NCBI GenBank assembly: GCA_038229915.1
Contig: JBBRNY010000001.1
Coordinates: 102,891-166,890 of the forward strand
DNA length: 64,000 bases
Direction of reading: 5' to 3'
Source: Candidatus Kapaibacterium sp.
GTDB lineage: Bacteria > Bacteroidota > Ignavibacteria > Palsa-1295
Shown piece after piece: positions 38,321 to 48,508 of this stretch. Both the position numbers and the translations under genes were made by a program. Numbering within the stretch: position 1 is the first letter of the stretch; every line of letters starts with the position of its first letter. The notes beneath the pieces were generated by a model that saw nothing but the letters and a program-made list of their open reading frames with translations, did no database searches and was not told the origin of the DNA.

Positions 38321-39706
38321 ATGCTGTTCTATTACGCTTTGGCACAAACACCAATGAATCAATACGCGCAAGCACTTGAAGAGAAGATCAGAGCAAAGAC
38401 CGCACGCATCGGCGTTGTCGGTTTGGGCTATGTCGGCTTGCCGTTAGGGGTCGAATTTGCCGTAAAAGGTTTTCGAACCGTCGGTATCGATCTTGACCCA
38501 AGAAAGATCGACTCCCTCGCTAAAGGTAAAAACTATATTCAGGATATTGACGATGTCGTCGTAGCTCGTGTGCTGAGCGAAGGATTATTTTCGGCTCAGG
38601 ATAACTACTCAGGTTGCGAAGAGCTTGATATCATCTATATCTGTGTTCCGACTCCATTTACCGATAACAAAGAGCCTGATATTTCCTATATCAAAAGTGC
38701 ATCAGAAGCAATTGCTTCTCATCTGCGCGCTGGGCAGTTGATCATTCTTAAATCAACGACCTACCCGAACACGACCGAAGGTCTGGTGCAGCCGATCTTA
38801 GAAGCAACCGGCAAAAAAGTTGGCACCGATGTTTTTCTCGCTTTCAGCCCTGAGCGTATCGATCCGGGTAATCAAAAATTTACCACAGCCAATACTCCTA
38901 TCGTTTGCGGAGGTGTCACACCTGATTGTACGAAGCTTGCGGTGCTTGCCAATCAGCAGATCATCACGACCGTGATAGCCGTTTCGAATCCGAAAGTGGC
39001 GGAGATGGAAAAACTGCTCGAAAATATTTTCCGATCAGTAAACATTGCACTGGTCAATGAACTTGCAAAACTCTGCGACCGTATGGGTGGCATTAATATG
39101 TGGGAAGTCGTCGAAGCCGCGGCCACAAAGCCTTTTGGCTTTATGCCATTCTTTCCGGGACCGGGTATTGGTGGGCATTGCATCCTCATCGACCCATATT
39201 ATCTCTCTTGGTATGCTCGTGCGTATGACTTCGAAACTAATTTTATCACCTTAGCCGCCGAAACCAACGAGTCAATGCCGTTCTATGTGCGTGATATGGT
39301 GATCCATGAAGTTGCACATTTGCCGAAGAGCATTACCGATGTCAATGTGCTCGTACTTGGTGTGGCCTTCAAGCGTGATGTTGATGACACCCGGCACTCG
39401 CCGGCACTAAGAGTGATCGAACTCTTACTGGCCGAAGGATTAAAAAATATTTCATATAACGACCCGTTCGTGCCACAAATTTCTATCAGTGGCAATGACT
39501 ACCAGTCGGTAGAACTATCGGAAAAAATGCTTGCGCAAACCGATATTATTCTCATCACCACTGATCACACCGGATATGATTATCCGTGGATCATCGAACA
39601 TTCTTCTTGTGTCATTGATACCCGTAATGCGACCAAGAACATCACCGATCCGACGCTTTGCAAAAAGATCGTACTGCTTGGCTCGGGAAACACAAAGAAG
39701 AACTAA
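38321..39706 (+). CDS. Nucleotide-sugar dehydrogenase (UDP-N-acetyl-D-glucosamine/mannosamine 6-dehydrogenase; WbpA/WecC/TviB-like)
   Basis: IGVVGLGYVGLPL Rossmann and catalytic GGHCI motif; length 461 aa. Confidence 0.8.
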   Translation: MLFYYALAQTPMNQYAQALEEKIRAKTARIGVVGLGYVGLPLGVEFAVKGFRTVGIDLDPRKIDSLAKGKNYIQDIDDVVVARVLSEGLFSAQDNYSGCEELDIIYICVPTPFTDNKEPDISYIKSASEAIASHLRAGQLIILKSTTYPNTTEGLVQPILEATGKKVGTDVFLAFSPERIDPGNQKFTTANTPIVCGGVTPDCTKLAVLANQQIITTVIAVSNPKVAEMEKLLENIFRSVNIALVNELAKLCDRMGGINMWEVVEAAATKPFGFMPFFPGPGIGGHCILIDPYYLSWYARAYDFETNFITLAAETNESMPFYVRDMVIHEVAHLPKSITDVNVLVLGVAFKRDVDDTRHSPALRVIELLLAEGLKNISYNDPFVPQISISGNDYQSVELSEKMLAQTDIILITTDHTGYDYPWIIEHSSCVIDTRNATKNITDPTLCKKIVLLGSGNTKKN

Positions 39707-39724
39707 GCGCTCTGAGGAAAACAA

Positions 39725-40843
39725 TTGTCAATTAAGAAGATCATCATCGTAGTCGGAGCGCGCCCCAACTTTATGAAGGTAGCGCCAGTATTAGGCGCGT
39801 TAAAACGTCTTGCATCACAGCAGTTTCAAGCGATCTTGGTGCATACCGGGCAACACTATGATGCAAATATGTCAGACGTGTTTTTTAATGATCTCGAAAT
39901 GCCACATCCCGATACATTTCTCAATGTCGGAAGCGGCTCTCATGCCGAGCAAACCGCACGAGTAATGATCGAGATGGAGCGTTTGGTTGCCCAGGAGCAA
40001 CCCGATCTTGTGCTCGTAGCAGGAGATGTAAACTCGACACTTGCGGCGGCGATCGTCGCGGCGAAAGCCGGCGTAAAACTTGGGCATATCGAGTCGGGCT
40101 TACGATCGTTTGATCGTTCGATGCCCGAAGAAATTAATCGTATCGTTGCCGATGAATTTTCTGATTTTTGTTTTGTGACCGAGCCAAGCGGCTTAAAAAA
40201 TCTTGACCACGAAGGCATTGATAGCAACCGAGTGTTTTATGTGGGTAACACGATGATCGACTCCGTCGTGAAATATCGTAGTGCAGCGGAAGCAAAATTT
40301 CCTGCGCTTTCAGCGCGCTTAGGCATCGATAAAAAACAATACGTCTTAGTAACGCTTCACCGACCGAGTAACGTCGATGATAAAGCGAATCTTACATTGC
40401 TGGTCGATCTATTCGAAAAGATGTCAGCAACGGTAAAAAAAATAATTTTTCCGGTGCATCCGCGTACCCTCAAACGCATCGAAGAATTCGGACTTGGCGA
40501 GCGTGTTGCAAATAATACGGCACTGACACTGATCGAACCGCTTGGCTATCTTGATTTTCTTGCATTGCAAGATGGCGCGACCGTCGTACTGACCGACTCC
40601 GGTGGCGTGCAAGAAGAGACGACAGCGCTTGGTGTGCCGTGTATCACGCTTCGCGAAAACACCGAACGTCCGGTGACGATCGAAGTCGGTACTAATGAAA
40701 TGACCGGTCTTGACACCGAACGAATTTTAACGCTCACCGCATTAGCGATCAGCGGAGGTTGGAAACCTGCTTCGATCCCCGAGCTTTGGGACGGAAAAGC
40801 GAGCGAGCGGATCGTTTCGATATTAAAACAACATATCGTTTAA
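39725..40843 (+). CDS. wecB: UDP-N-acetylglucosamine 2-epimerase (non-hydrolysing)
   Basis: IIIVVGARPNFMKVAP, HTGQHYD, and HIESGLRSFDRSMPEEINR are classical WecB blocks. TTG start. Confidence 0.9.
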   Translation: MSIKKIIIVVGARPNFMKVAPVLGALKRLASQQFQAILVHTGQHYDANMSDVFFNDLEMPHPDTFLNVGSGSHAEQTARVMIEMERLVAQEQPDLVLVAGDVNSTLAAAIVAAKAGVKLGHIESGLRSFDRSMPEEINRIVADEFSDFCFVTEPSGLKNLDHEGIDSNRVFYVGNTMIDSVVKYRSAAEAKFPALSARLGIDKKQYVLVTLHRPSNVDDKANLTLLVDLFEKMSATVKKIIFPVHPRTLKRIEEFGLGERVANNTALTLIEPLGYLDFLALQDGATVVLTDSGGVQEETTALGVPCITLRENTERPVTIEVGTNEMTGLDTERILTLTALAISGGWKPASIPELWDGKASERIVSILKQHIV

Positions 40844-40852
40844 GGAACATTG

Positions 40853-42601
40853 ATGAAGCAACTTAGTCTTATTTGTTGTATATTTTTTCTCACGGCAACA
40901 GCTGCATTTGCGCAGCTTACAAGCCCAGGGGGCTCGGCAACGACACAGCCTGTCCCGTCGATCACCGGCTCGCTTCCTGATAGGAGTGCGCCGACGCTCT
41001 CGCAAGATGCGATGATCTTTGATGGTGCTGTCGATCCGAATGAGTATCGTCTTGGTCCCGGAGATATTTTGCAGTATCGTTCTTGGACAAATAATGATGC
41101 ACAGCTATTGATGGTCTCAGCAGATGTGATGCTCATGGTGCCTCGTATTGGACCCTTCTCGGCAAAAGGAAAAACACTTGCACAGATCCAGCAAGAAGTA
41201 GGCGAAGCCGTAGAAAAAGGCTTTCAGCGCAAAGCAGGCTCAGACAAACCATTTTTTTCTTTAACACTGACCCAGCCTCGCCGCATTATGGTGAATATTC
41301 TGGGACAGGTCGAACTGCCCGGCGCTTATGCATTCACGGGCGGGACACGGGCAGCATTTGCAGTTGCCGTCGCAAACAAACCATCTCAGCACACGTCGCT
41401 TATAGGTGATCAAGCATTTCAGCGCGAAGAAGAAAAACGTAAACGCGAAGCCGATCGCCTTAAACCATATCTTGGCGAAGGTACAGAAAAAGTCTCGAGT
41501 CTTCGGAATATCATCGTCTCACATGCCGATGGCACGACCGATCGCGTAGATCTCTTTCGATTCAATGGTACACACGATCCGCGTTTTTCGCCGTTGCTTC
41601 GTGAAGGGGATGTAGTCTATGTTCCCTATAAAAAAGCGAATGAAGGTATGGTGGGTGTCTATGGCGCAATTCGATCTCCGGGTGATTACGAATTTGTGAT
41701 GGGCGATTCACTGTGGCAGATCATTCGCTCGGCCTTCGGACCCAGTGACAACGCCGATCTGAGCAAGGTCGAACTTGTTCGAATGAATCCTGATGGCTCA
41801 AGTATCGGCAATCAGACCATTGACTGCAATGCGATCAGAGCCGGAGCCGCGTCTGATGTTGCATTGCAATCGGGTGATAGAATTTTTGTCCGCGATCATC
41901 CAGATCTTCGCGAGCTTTCGCGAGTTATTGTGAAAGGGGAAGTTGCGTTTCCGGGTGTGTACCCGATCGGTCGTTCGAATACAAAACTTTCTGATGTTAT
42001 TAAAATAGCCGGTGGATTTACACCATACGCCTTTATTGGTGGCGGCACTGTGACGCGCAAACGAATTGATATTGATAACAAAGATATTATGATGGACGAC
42101 GAACGCAAGCTGGTCGGTCGTCTTTCAAATCTTGAAGTCGAAGATACCGCAAACTTTCGCGCCATGACCGAATCGCGTCAGGGGTATGTCGCAGTAGATA
42201 TGCATCAGCTGTTCGAAAAAAATAATGCCTCGGCAGATATTACTCTTCGTGACGGAGATGTCGTCTCGATACCGCCGGCATCAAACAGTGTGTATGTTTG
42301 GGGATATGTTGGAAGCTTAGGATACATCCCATATCAGCCGGGCTGGAAAGTTGATGACTATATTGCAGCCGCCGGTGGTTATGCCGAAGGTGCCGAAAAA
42401 TCTCGAACCAGAGTCATCAAAGCACGCACTCGCAAATGGGCAGAACCGGACAAAACTATTGTCGAAGCAGGCGATGAGATCTATATACCGAAAGAAGCTA
42501 CTTATCCTGAAGGTTATTCATTACAAAAAGTGGCGATCATTGTTGGTATATTAACTGGCGTTCTGTATGCAGTTAGTATTGTTGTTGCACTAAGAAAGTA
42601 A
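40853..42601 (+). CDS. wza: Polysaccharide export outer-membrane protein (Wza-like; Poly_export plus SLBB domains, C-terminal helix)
   Basis: Signal peptide, Poly_export motif (PEYRLGPGDILQYRSW), repeated SLBB-like GDxV segments, C-terminal hydrophobic helix. Confidence 0.7.
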   Translation: MKQLSLICCIFFLTATAAFAQLTSPGGSATTQPVPSITGSLPDRSAPTLSQDAMIFDGAVDPNEYRLGPGDILQYRSWTNNDAQLLMVSADVMLMVPRIGPFSAKGKTLAQIQQEVGEAVEKGFQRKAGSDKPFFSLTLTQPRRIMVNILGQVELPGAYAFTGGTRAAFAVAVANKPSQHTSLIGDQAFQREEEKRKREADRLKPYLGEGTEKVSSLRNIIVSHADGTTDRVDLFRFNGTHDPRFSPLLREGDVVYVPYKKANEGMVGVYGAIRSPGDYEFVMGDSLWQIIRSAFGPSDNADLSKVELVRMNPDGSSIGNQTIDCNAIRAGAASDVALQSGDRIFVRDHPDLRELSRVIVKGEVAFPGVYPIGRSNTKLSDVIKIAGGFTPYAFIGGGTVTRKRIDIDNKDIMMDDERKLVGRLSNLEVEDTANFRAMTESRQGYVAVDMHQLFEKNNASADITLRDGDVVSIPPASNSVYVWGYVGSLGYIPYQPGWKVDDYIAAAGGYAEGAEKSRTRVIKARTRKWAEPDKTIVEAGDEIYIPKEATYPEGYSLQKVAIIVGILTGVLYAVSIVVALRK

Positions 42602-42606
42602 TAACT

Positions 42607-44328
42607 GTGAAAATATTTTTAGTCATCGTTCTTTTTATTACTGTTTGTGCTTCAGTTTCCGATGCACAGCTGAACTCAAGGCCACACGTCGGCATAGCAC
42701 AAGTGCCGATCGGTGAAGAGGTGTATGCCTTTCTCAGACATCTCAGTGTGAGAGGCTTTATTCAAGGATACAGCGAAACACAATTACCCATCTCGGAATT
42801 TGATGTTGTTCGCTTTTTGCGTCAGGCAAATACAATATTACTTTCCGATGGTGAAAAGGCGTTGCGAATAAAATTTCTTCGTACCTACGAGCGTGAGCCA
42901 TACGAAGCGGTAACAATGTTTCCATCTGAAAATGCAGAGCCCCTCTTTTTTAGCGGCATACCCACTGACAAAGATAAATATCTCTATCGTTGGCGCGATG
43001 ATTCTACGCTTTCGGATTTTCAAGTTCATGGAATTGCCAGTTTAGAATATCGTCGCCGAAGCAAACCAACCCCCGGCACTGCAGAGCTTGGGTTGATCGG
43101 CGGAAGATTTACCGGTTCGCTCAGCGGACACGTTGGTTTTTTTATGGAAACAACCAACGGGCAGGATTTCGGTGACTCTACGATCGCCCTTGAAGATCCG
43201 ATCATCGGAAAAAATAAAAATTTTACATTATTCTCGCACAGTTTTTTTGATCAGACCACCGGTGAGTTAGTCTATAACAATGACTGGTTCACAGCGAAGA
43301 TCGCTCGTGAAGCTATTGCGATCGGCGGAAGTTATCAGGGAAATAATGTTATTATCTCGCCAAATATTCAAACGCCCGATTTTATCAGTTTGCAGGCGCA
43401 CGTCGGTGCCGTTCGATATCAGGCCACCGTTGCATCGCTCCTTGGTGACCCAAGATTTAGTGAGCGCCCGACATCGGCAGGAGAGTTTACCGCGGGTCCG
43501 GGTTCATATATTGATTCAAAATATCTTGCCTTCCACGACCTGACATTCTTTATCGGCAACGATGTTGAATTTGGTTTTACTGATATGACGATCTTCTCTC
43601 GACGCTTTGATCTTGCGTATGCCAACCCATTCACATTCTATAAGTCGGTCGAGCATTCGCTCAACGACCGCGATAACGGCTTGCTCGCGGCTCACGCACG
43701 TTGGAGGATCACCAATAATCTTGAGATCAGAGGTCAAGGTTTAGCCGATGACATTCTTGCCAGCAAGATCGGGACCGGATTTTGGGGAAATAAGTTTGCA
43801 TGGCAGATCGGCGGAATGTGGTCTGCACCGTTTGGACTCAATGATGTCGATGTTTCTCTTGAACATACTCGTGTCGAGCCGTTTACATATTCGCATTTTA
43901 ATCCGCAAAATACATTCGCGACCAGTGGGCAGATCATCGGTGCAGGCATCGGACCAAATGCGCTCAGTTGGTGGGGACAGATCCGTTGGGCACCGAACGA
44001 AAAACTAACGCTCGAAGCAACGATGACACTCGTCGAGCGTGGCGAGAATATTTATAACAGTGCCGACTCATTATTAGAAAACTTCGGATCAAACTTTGAA
44101 TACTCTGTCCGTAGTGAGGACGAGAAAAATCATATTATTCACCTTCTCGATGGACGAAGAGTCAATACGATGACAATAGAAGCCACCGTTCGTTATGAAT
44201 TGTGGCGCGGGCTCGGGTTCTATGCAAAACTTTTAAACAAGAGCGTAAACTATCTTGCCGGTACGCCGGAAAATCCGATAGAGAAACCCTATGGACTGAT
44301 TACCATTGGCGCCAAAGCACTCTTTTAG
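42607..44328 (+). CDS. Hypothetical outer-membrane beta-barrel protein in export position (Wzi-like?)
   Basis: Signal peptide, C-terminal ...GAKALF, Gly/aromatic-rich strands. GTG start. Confidence 0.4.
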   Translation: MKIFLVIVLFITVCASVSDAQLNSRPHVGIAQVPIGEEVYAFLRHLSVRGFIQGYSETQLPISEFDVVRFLRQANTILLSDGEKALRIKFLRTYEREPYEAVTMFPSENAEPLFFSGIPTDKDKYLYRWRDDSTLSDFQVHGIASLEYRRRSKPTPGTAELGLIGGRFTGSLSGHVGFFMETTNGQDFGDSTIALEDPIIGKNKNFTLFSHSFFDQTTGELVYNNDWFTAKIAREAIAIGGSYQGNNVIISPNIQTPDFISLQAHVGAVRYQATVASLLGDPRFSERPTSAGEFTAGPGSYIDSKYLAFHDLTFFIGNDVEFGFTDMTIFSRRFDLAYANPFTFYKSVEHSLNDRDNGLLAAHARWRITNNLEIRGQGLADDILASKIGTGFWGNKFAWQIGGMWSAPFGLNDVDVSLEHTRVEPFTYSHFNPQNTFATSGQIIGAGIGPNALSWWGQIRWAPNEKLTLEATMTLVERGENIYNSADSLLENFGSNFEYSVRSEDEKNHIIHLLDGRRVNTMTIEATVRYELWRGLGFYAKLLNKSVNYLAGTPENPIEKPYGLITIGAKALF

Positions 44329-44351
44329 ACAGCACGTTTTATTTTACTATT

Positions 44352-45551
44352 ATGACTGATCAATCTTCACCGAATAGTGTGCATCATCTTGAGCCAGCTC
44401 GCAAAGCATGGGTTGAAGCGATGGCACTGTTGCTTCGCCACAAGACGCTAATTTTGCTGACTTCGATCGCTGTAACGATCGTCACGGTAGTGTATATGTT
44501 TTTTGTTGCGAAAATTTGGTTTAAAGCAGAGGCGAATATTGTACCGGCAAGAAGGCAGGGTGGAATGTTTGACAATATTACTGCTGGTATTTCGAGCACG
44601 ATCAAAGATCTCGGTCTGACTCAGCTTGCAGGAAAAAATAAGAGTGATGGTGTCTATAGTCCGCTTGCTATTGTCGGCAGCAGAACAGTTGGCGAGAAAA
44701 TGGTGAAAGATTACGGTTTGATGAAAGTCTATGAAACCGAAAATATCGATGATGCCATAAAAGAATTTGGCGAGCATACTTCTGTTGCAGTTCTTGAAGA
44801 AGGGAACATTGGAGTATCATTTGAAGATACCGACCCCAAGCGTGCTGCCGAGGTTGCAAACCGATTAGTGGGGATGCTTAATGAAGTAAATTCAAAACTC
44901 GCGAACGACGAAGCAAAGTTCAACCGAACATATATTGAAGAACGATACAGCAATATGATCGCTGATCTTGATTCGTCAGAAAAAGCACTCGGTGTGTATC
45001 AGCGTAAGTATGGTGTCTATGAACTCAAGGCGCAAGCCGCCGCACAACTTTCGGTCTTGAGCACGCTCGAGCAACAGCGCTATCTCTCGGAGATACAACT
45101 TGCCAGCGCAGAACAACTCTACGGCACTCAGTCCCCCGAAGCAAACACCATGCGGACACAGATGGCTGAGCTTGGGAAAAAACTTGAAGATCTGCGTACC
45201 GGAATGGATCAAAATGCAAAAAGTTATTTTCCGGCTATGAATGTAATGCCCGACGTGGCATTAGATTATCTTCGCTTGACGCGCGAAGTCGAAATACAAT
45301 CAAAATTGAAAGCGTTTATGCTTCCGTCGTACGAGCAAGCGAAAATGGATGAAAACAAACAGTCTTTATCGTTCATTATGCTCGATTCGGCGCAGGTGCC
45401 TTTTAGAAAATCAAGACCAAAACGCTCGGTTGCGATCTTGATCGCTTTTTTTGGAAGTATAGTACTTACTTCGCTCACAGTGATCGTCGCGACTCGTGTT
45501 GGCGAAGCCCGCGAACGCTTCCGTCGTGATCGCAAATTGTTGGGAGTCTAA
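44352..45551 (+). CDS. Polysaccharide chain-length determinant protein (Wzz/PCP family, no kinase domain)
   Basis: N-terminal TM (LILLTSIAVTIVTVVYMFFVA), long coiled-coil periplasmic region, C-terminal TM (VAILIAFFGSIVLTSLTVIVA). Confidence 0.6.
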   Translation: MTDQSSPNSVHHLEPARKAWVEAMALLLRHKTLILLTSIAVTIVTVVYMFFVAKIWFKAEANIVPARRQGGMFDNITAGISSTIKDLGLTQLAGKNKSDGVYSPLAIVGSRTVGEKMVKDYGLMKVYETENIDDAIKEFGEHTSVAVLEEGNIGVSFEDTDPKRAAEVANRLVGMLNEVNSKLANDEAKFNRTYIEERYSNMIADLDSSEKALGVYQRKYGVYELKAQAAAQLSVLSTLEQQRYLSEIQLASAEQLYGTQSPEANTMRTQMAELGKKLEDLRTGMDQNAKSYFPAMNVMPDVALDYLRLTREVEIQSKLKAFMLPSYEQAKMDENKQSLSFIMLDSAQVPFRKSRPKRSVAILIAFFGSIVLTSLTVIVATRVGEARERFRRDRKLLGV

Positions 45552-45561
45552 AACCATAGTA

Positions 45562-46890
45562 ATGAACCTACTCTCGAGATTGATCTTTCGTTCTTCGAGA
45601 TCGCAGTTTCTGTGGTGGGGTTTTATTGTTGCACTTGTTATTCGTATCGCGATCGTTATTTCATTTGGGAATGCAGAGCATCCACAAATGTATGAACATG
45701 GCGATATAGCAAATAACTTGTATCAGGGCAATGGCTATACCATGCACTGGCCTTATGAATCGCTCGATAGTGCGCGTCGCGCTGTGATGAGCAAGCCTCC
45801 CAACCATGAAGGGGCGTTTATTCCGCCACTCAACCCCTATCTTATTTACGTGTCGTATCTATTGTTTGGTCAGACATCACTGGCCATTACTGCTCTGATG
45901 TTGTTCTATGCAATATGTAGCGCGTTAGTAATACCTATTGTGTATCAATCATCGAGATTGTTATCATCGGAGACTGGTGCGCGTTGGTGTGCGATGATTG
46001 CGTCACTTTTTGTTCCTGCGGCGTATTCGGTGACAACATTTTCAGGTTCACCACTATATCATTTGTTCGGAGCGTTAATAGTATTATTCGCGATTCGAGT
46101 AATACAATTCTGTCAATTCAGTGACGTTATTTGGCTTGGCGTATGTTGCGGAATAATGACATTACTTCGAAGTGAGTTTTTCCTTCTCAGCTTTCTTCTG
46201 ATTGCGCTTGTCGTTCTCTATTCTCGTCAGAAATATTCATTTTCACAAAAATTTAAATCGCTTGCTATTTCGGCAGGGGTGTGTCTGTTAGTTATTACTC
46301 CCTGGACGGTTCGCAATTATAAATTGTTTAACCGTTTTGTGCCGGTGCTTAGCCATCCGTGGTTTGAAATTTGGCGCGGGAATAATGCTGTGGTTGCCTC
46401 TGGCTCATTATTTTCAGCCGAGCCTTATGTCTGGGTTAGCCCTGTGCAATTTCCGGAGATCATAAAAAAAATGGATGCTCTTCCGTATGATCGTTTTTTT
46501 GAGGTCGGCGTGAATGATATGTTTCAGGCATCTGCTTTAGAGTTTATGAAAGCCAATCCGGGGCAAGTACTATATCTAAGCACAAAAAAAATATTCTATC
46601 TTCTAACAATAGATATGGCTGACCATTCAGTCCGAAACCCGATCTATATACTTTCGATGCTCGTCGTCATACCCCTGACGCTATTCGGACTTTACAAAAT
46701 ACTTACATCAAAAGAAAGACAAGTAGAAGGAATGCTATTTCTTTTGATATTTGGATATTATCTCGCGATCACCGCCGCAACCTATTCGTTGCCGAGGTAT
46801 CAGATTTATCTTTTTGTGCTACTGCTACCATTAGTAGGGGTGTCGCTTTCATCTAAAATTGAAGAGCAAGCTCTTAAATCTCGTGTATAA
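45562..46890 (+). CDS. GT-C fold membrane glycosyltransferase (ArnT/PMT-like, GT39/GT83 family)
   Basis: More than 10 TM helices. TM1 is followed by a periplasmic loop rich in E/D/aromatic residues (GNAEHPQMYEHGDIANNLYQGNGY). Confidence 0.55.
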   Translation: MNLLSRLIFRSSRSQFLWWGFIVALVIRIAIVISFGNAEHPQMYEHGDIANNLYQGNGYTMHWPYESLDSARRAVMSKPPNHEGAFIPPLNPYLIYVSYLLFGQTSLAITALMLFYAICSALVIPIVYQSSRLLSSETGARWCAMIASLFVPAAYSVTTFSGSPLYHLFGALIVLFAIRVIQFCQFSDVIWLGVCCGIMTLLRSEFFLLSFLLIALVVLYSRQKYSFSQKFKSLAISAGVCLLVITPWTVRNYKLFNRFVPVLSHPWFEIWRGNNAVVASGSLFSAEPYVWVSPVQFPEIIKKMDALPYDRFFEVGVNDMFQASALEFMKANPGQVLYLSTKKIFYLLTIDMADHSVRNPIYILSMLVVIPLTLFGLYKILTSKERQVEGMLFLLIFGYYLAITAATYSLPRYQIYLFVLLLPLVGVSLSSKIEEQALKSRV

Positions 46891-48508
46891 AGTACGTCCG
46901 ATCATAAAGTATTGTTTTTTTGCAATAACAACGTTGTTGTTATTGACGATGCTTGCTTTTCCGATGGGCAACGACCAAGCAATTTTTGAAGTTTGTGGGG
47001 CGCTGATTGCCAGAAAGTCTGCCATCCCCTTTCGTGATTTTCTTGAGATGAAGCAACCGTTGATATTTTATATATATTCTTGGTCAACAATATTGTTTGG
47101 CAGACATGAGTATTCAATACGAATACTGGATGTAGTATATCATATTATTTCATTGGGGTTGTTTTATAAAATAATTTCTAAAATTTATAACAATGAATTC
47201 ATAGGCTTGTTAACGATATTTATCTACACTATCTATTTTCTTAGTGGAGGGTATTGGAGCACCGCCCAAACGGAGTCATTTGCTTTGCTTCCTCAACTTG
47301 GGATACTCTATGCAGTTGTCGGATCATTCAAAGCCACGGATAAGCGTAAAGTAATAGGGTATGCGCTACTCGCCGGAGTTTGTACTATTTTAATAATATC
47401 TATTAAAGTAACTCTGGGTTTGATTGCATTGCCGGTAATTTTTTCTACAGTATTGTTTTTTCGTAAGCTAGCGCTTCGAAGTTCAACGTTTTTGGTCCCG
47501 TATATTTTGTCATCCATCTTTTTTTTATCCATAGAGGTATATTGGCTTTGGGCCTCGAATGCACTCCAAAATTTAATTTTGACATTCCAGTGGTTGGCAA
47601 ATTACGCTTCAACCTTTTCTCCGCTATTTAGCACAATAACGTTTAAGGATATATATTATAAGCTTGTCCCAGAACAATTTTTGGTAACTTTTACTCTTTC
47701 ACTGATCGCTCTTGCTTGCTATGCAGTGTGTACTGAAAAACTTCGGTTCATTACCACTAAAATTACGACTCGAGAATTCTTCCGAATTTTTTGTTTACTA
47801 TGTGTTGGATTTGGACTGGTCGGCATACTGATTGAGCGAAAAGCTTTTACCTATCATTATACTCGAATTACCTGGTGCATTGTACCCTTTGTTGCCGAAG
47901 GAATATTTACACTTTGGAATAAACGCAGCACATTCAGTGAGTGGTTTAGCCAATGGCATGGATTACAACGATTTGTGTTGAGTGTGTTTTTCGGTTTAGC
48001 AGTTGTTGTATTTTTCTTATGGTCGCCCTTGCCGAGAATAATAGATCAATCCTTTGGGTGGTCATTTATTGCAATCAACGGCGATGCAAATGCTCGTGCA
48101 AAGAAGATCGAATCAAGCAAGTACGATCTTGTAGATGCGATCTCCCTTGCCCAACATTACGCTCCTTCGCTCACCCCTACAGATCATATATTTCTTTGGG
48201 GAAACACCGTACAATTATATTATGAGTTTGATCAGTTACCAACGACACTCTGTGTTGCGAATCCACAATTGATCTCGCCTTGGACGCCAAAGGTTTGGAT
48301 CGACACGTTGGTTTCGCAATTGAAGAACGCTCCACCAACTTATTTTTTGTGTGAGCTGAAGGATGAGAGACCATTAATTACTGGAACACCAGATGAATCC
48401 TATGCAGCATTGTTGAAGATTTCACCATTGAGAGAGTTCCTCTTCTCACACTATGCGTTGGTTGATAGTAATGCGCATTTCAAAATGTTTAAGTACATCC
48501 GCTCGTGA
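46859..48508 (+). CDS. Second GT-C fold membrane glycosyltransferase (ArnT/PMT-like)
   Basis: Polytopic, with N-terminal TM1 then a PMGNDQAIFEV loop. The start is uncertain (TTG at 46859, GTG at 46883 or ATG at 46949). Overlaps the upstream gene. Confidence 0.5.
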   Translation: MKSKLLNLVYKVRPIIKYCFFAITTLLLLTMLAFPMGNDQAIFEVCGALIARKSAIPFRDFLEMKQPLIFYIYSWSTILFGRHEYSIRILDVVYHIISLGLFYKIISKIYNNEFIGLLTIFIYTIYFLSGGYWSTAQTESFALLPQLGILYAVVGSFKATDKRKVIGYALLAGVCTILIISIKVTLGLIALPVIFSTVLFFRKLALRSSTFLVPYILSSIFFLSIEVYWLWASNALQNLILTFQWLANYASTFSPLFSTITFKDIYYKLVPEQFLVTFTLSLIALACYAVCTEKLRFITTKITTREFFRIFCLLCVGFGLVGILIERKAFTYHYTRITWCIVPFVAEGIFTLWNKRSTFSEWFSQWHGLQRFVLSVFFGLAVVVFFLWSPLPRIIDQSFGWSFIAINGDANARAKKIESSKYDLVDAISLAQHYAPSLTPTDHIFLWGNTVQLYYEFDQLPTTLCVANPQLISPWTPKVWIDTLVSQLKNAPPTYFLCELKDERPLITGTPDESYAALLKISPLREFLFSHYALVDSNAHFKMFKYIRS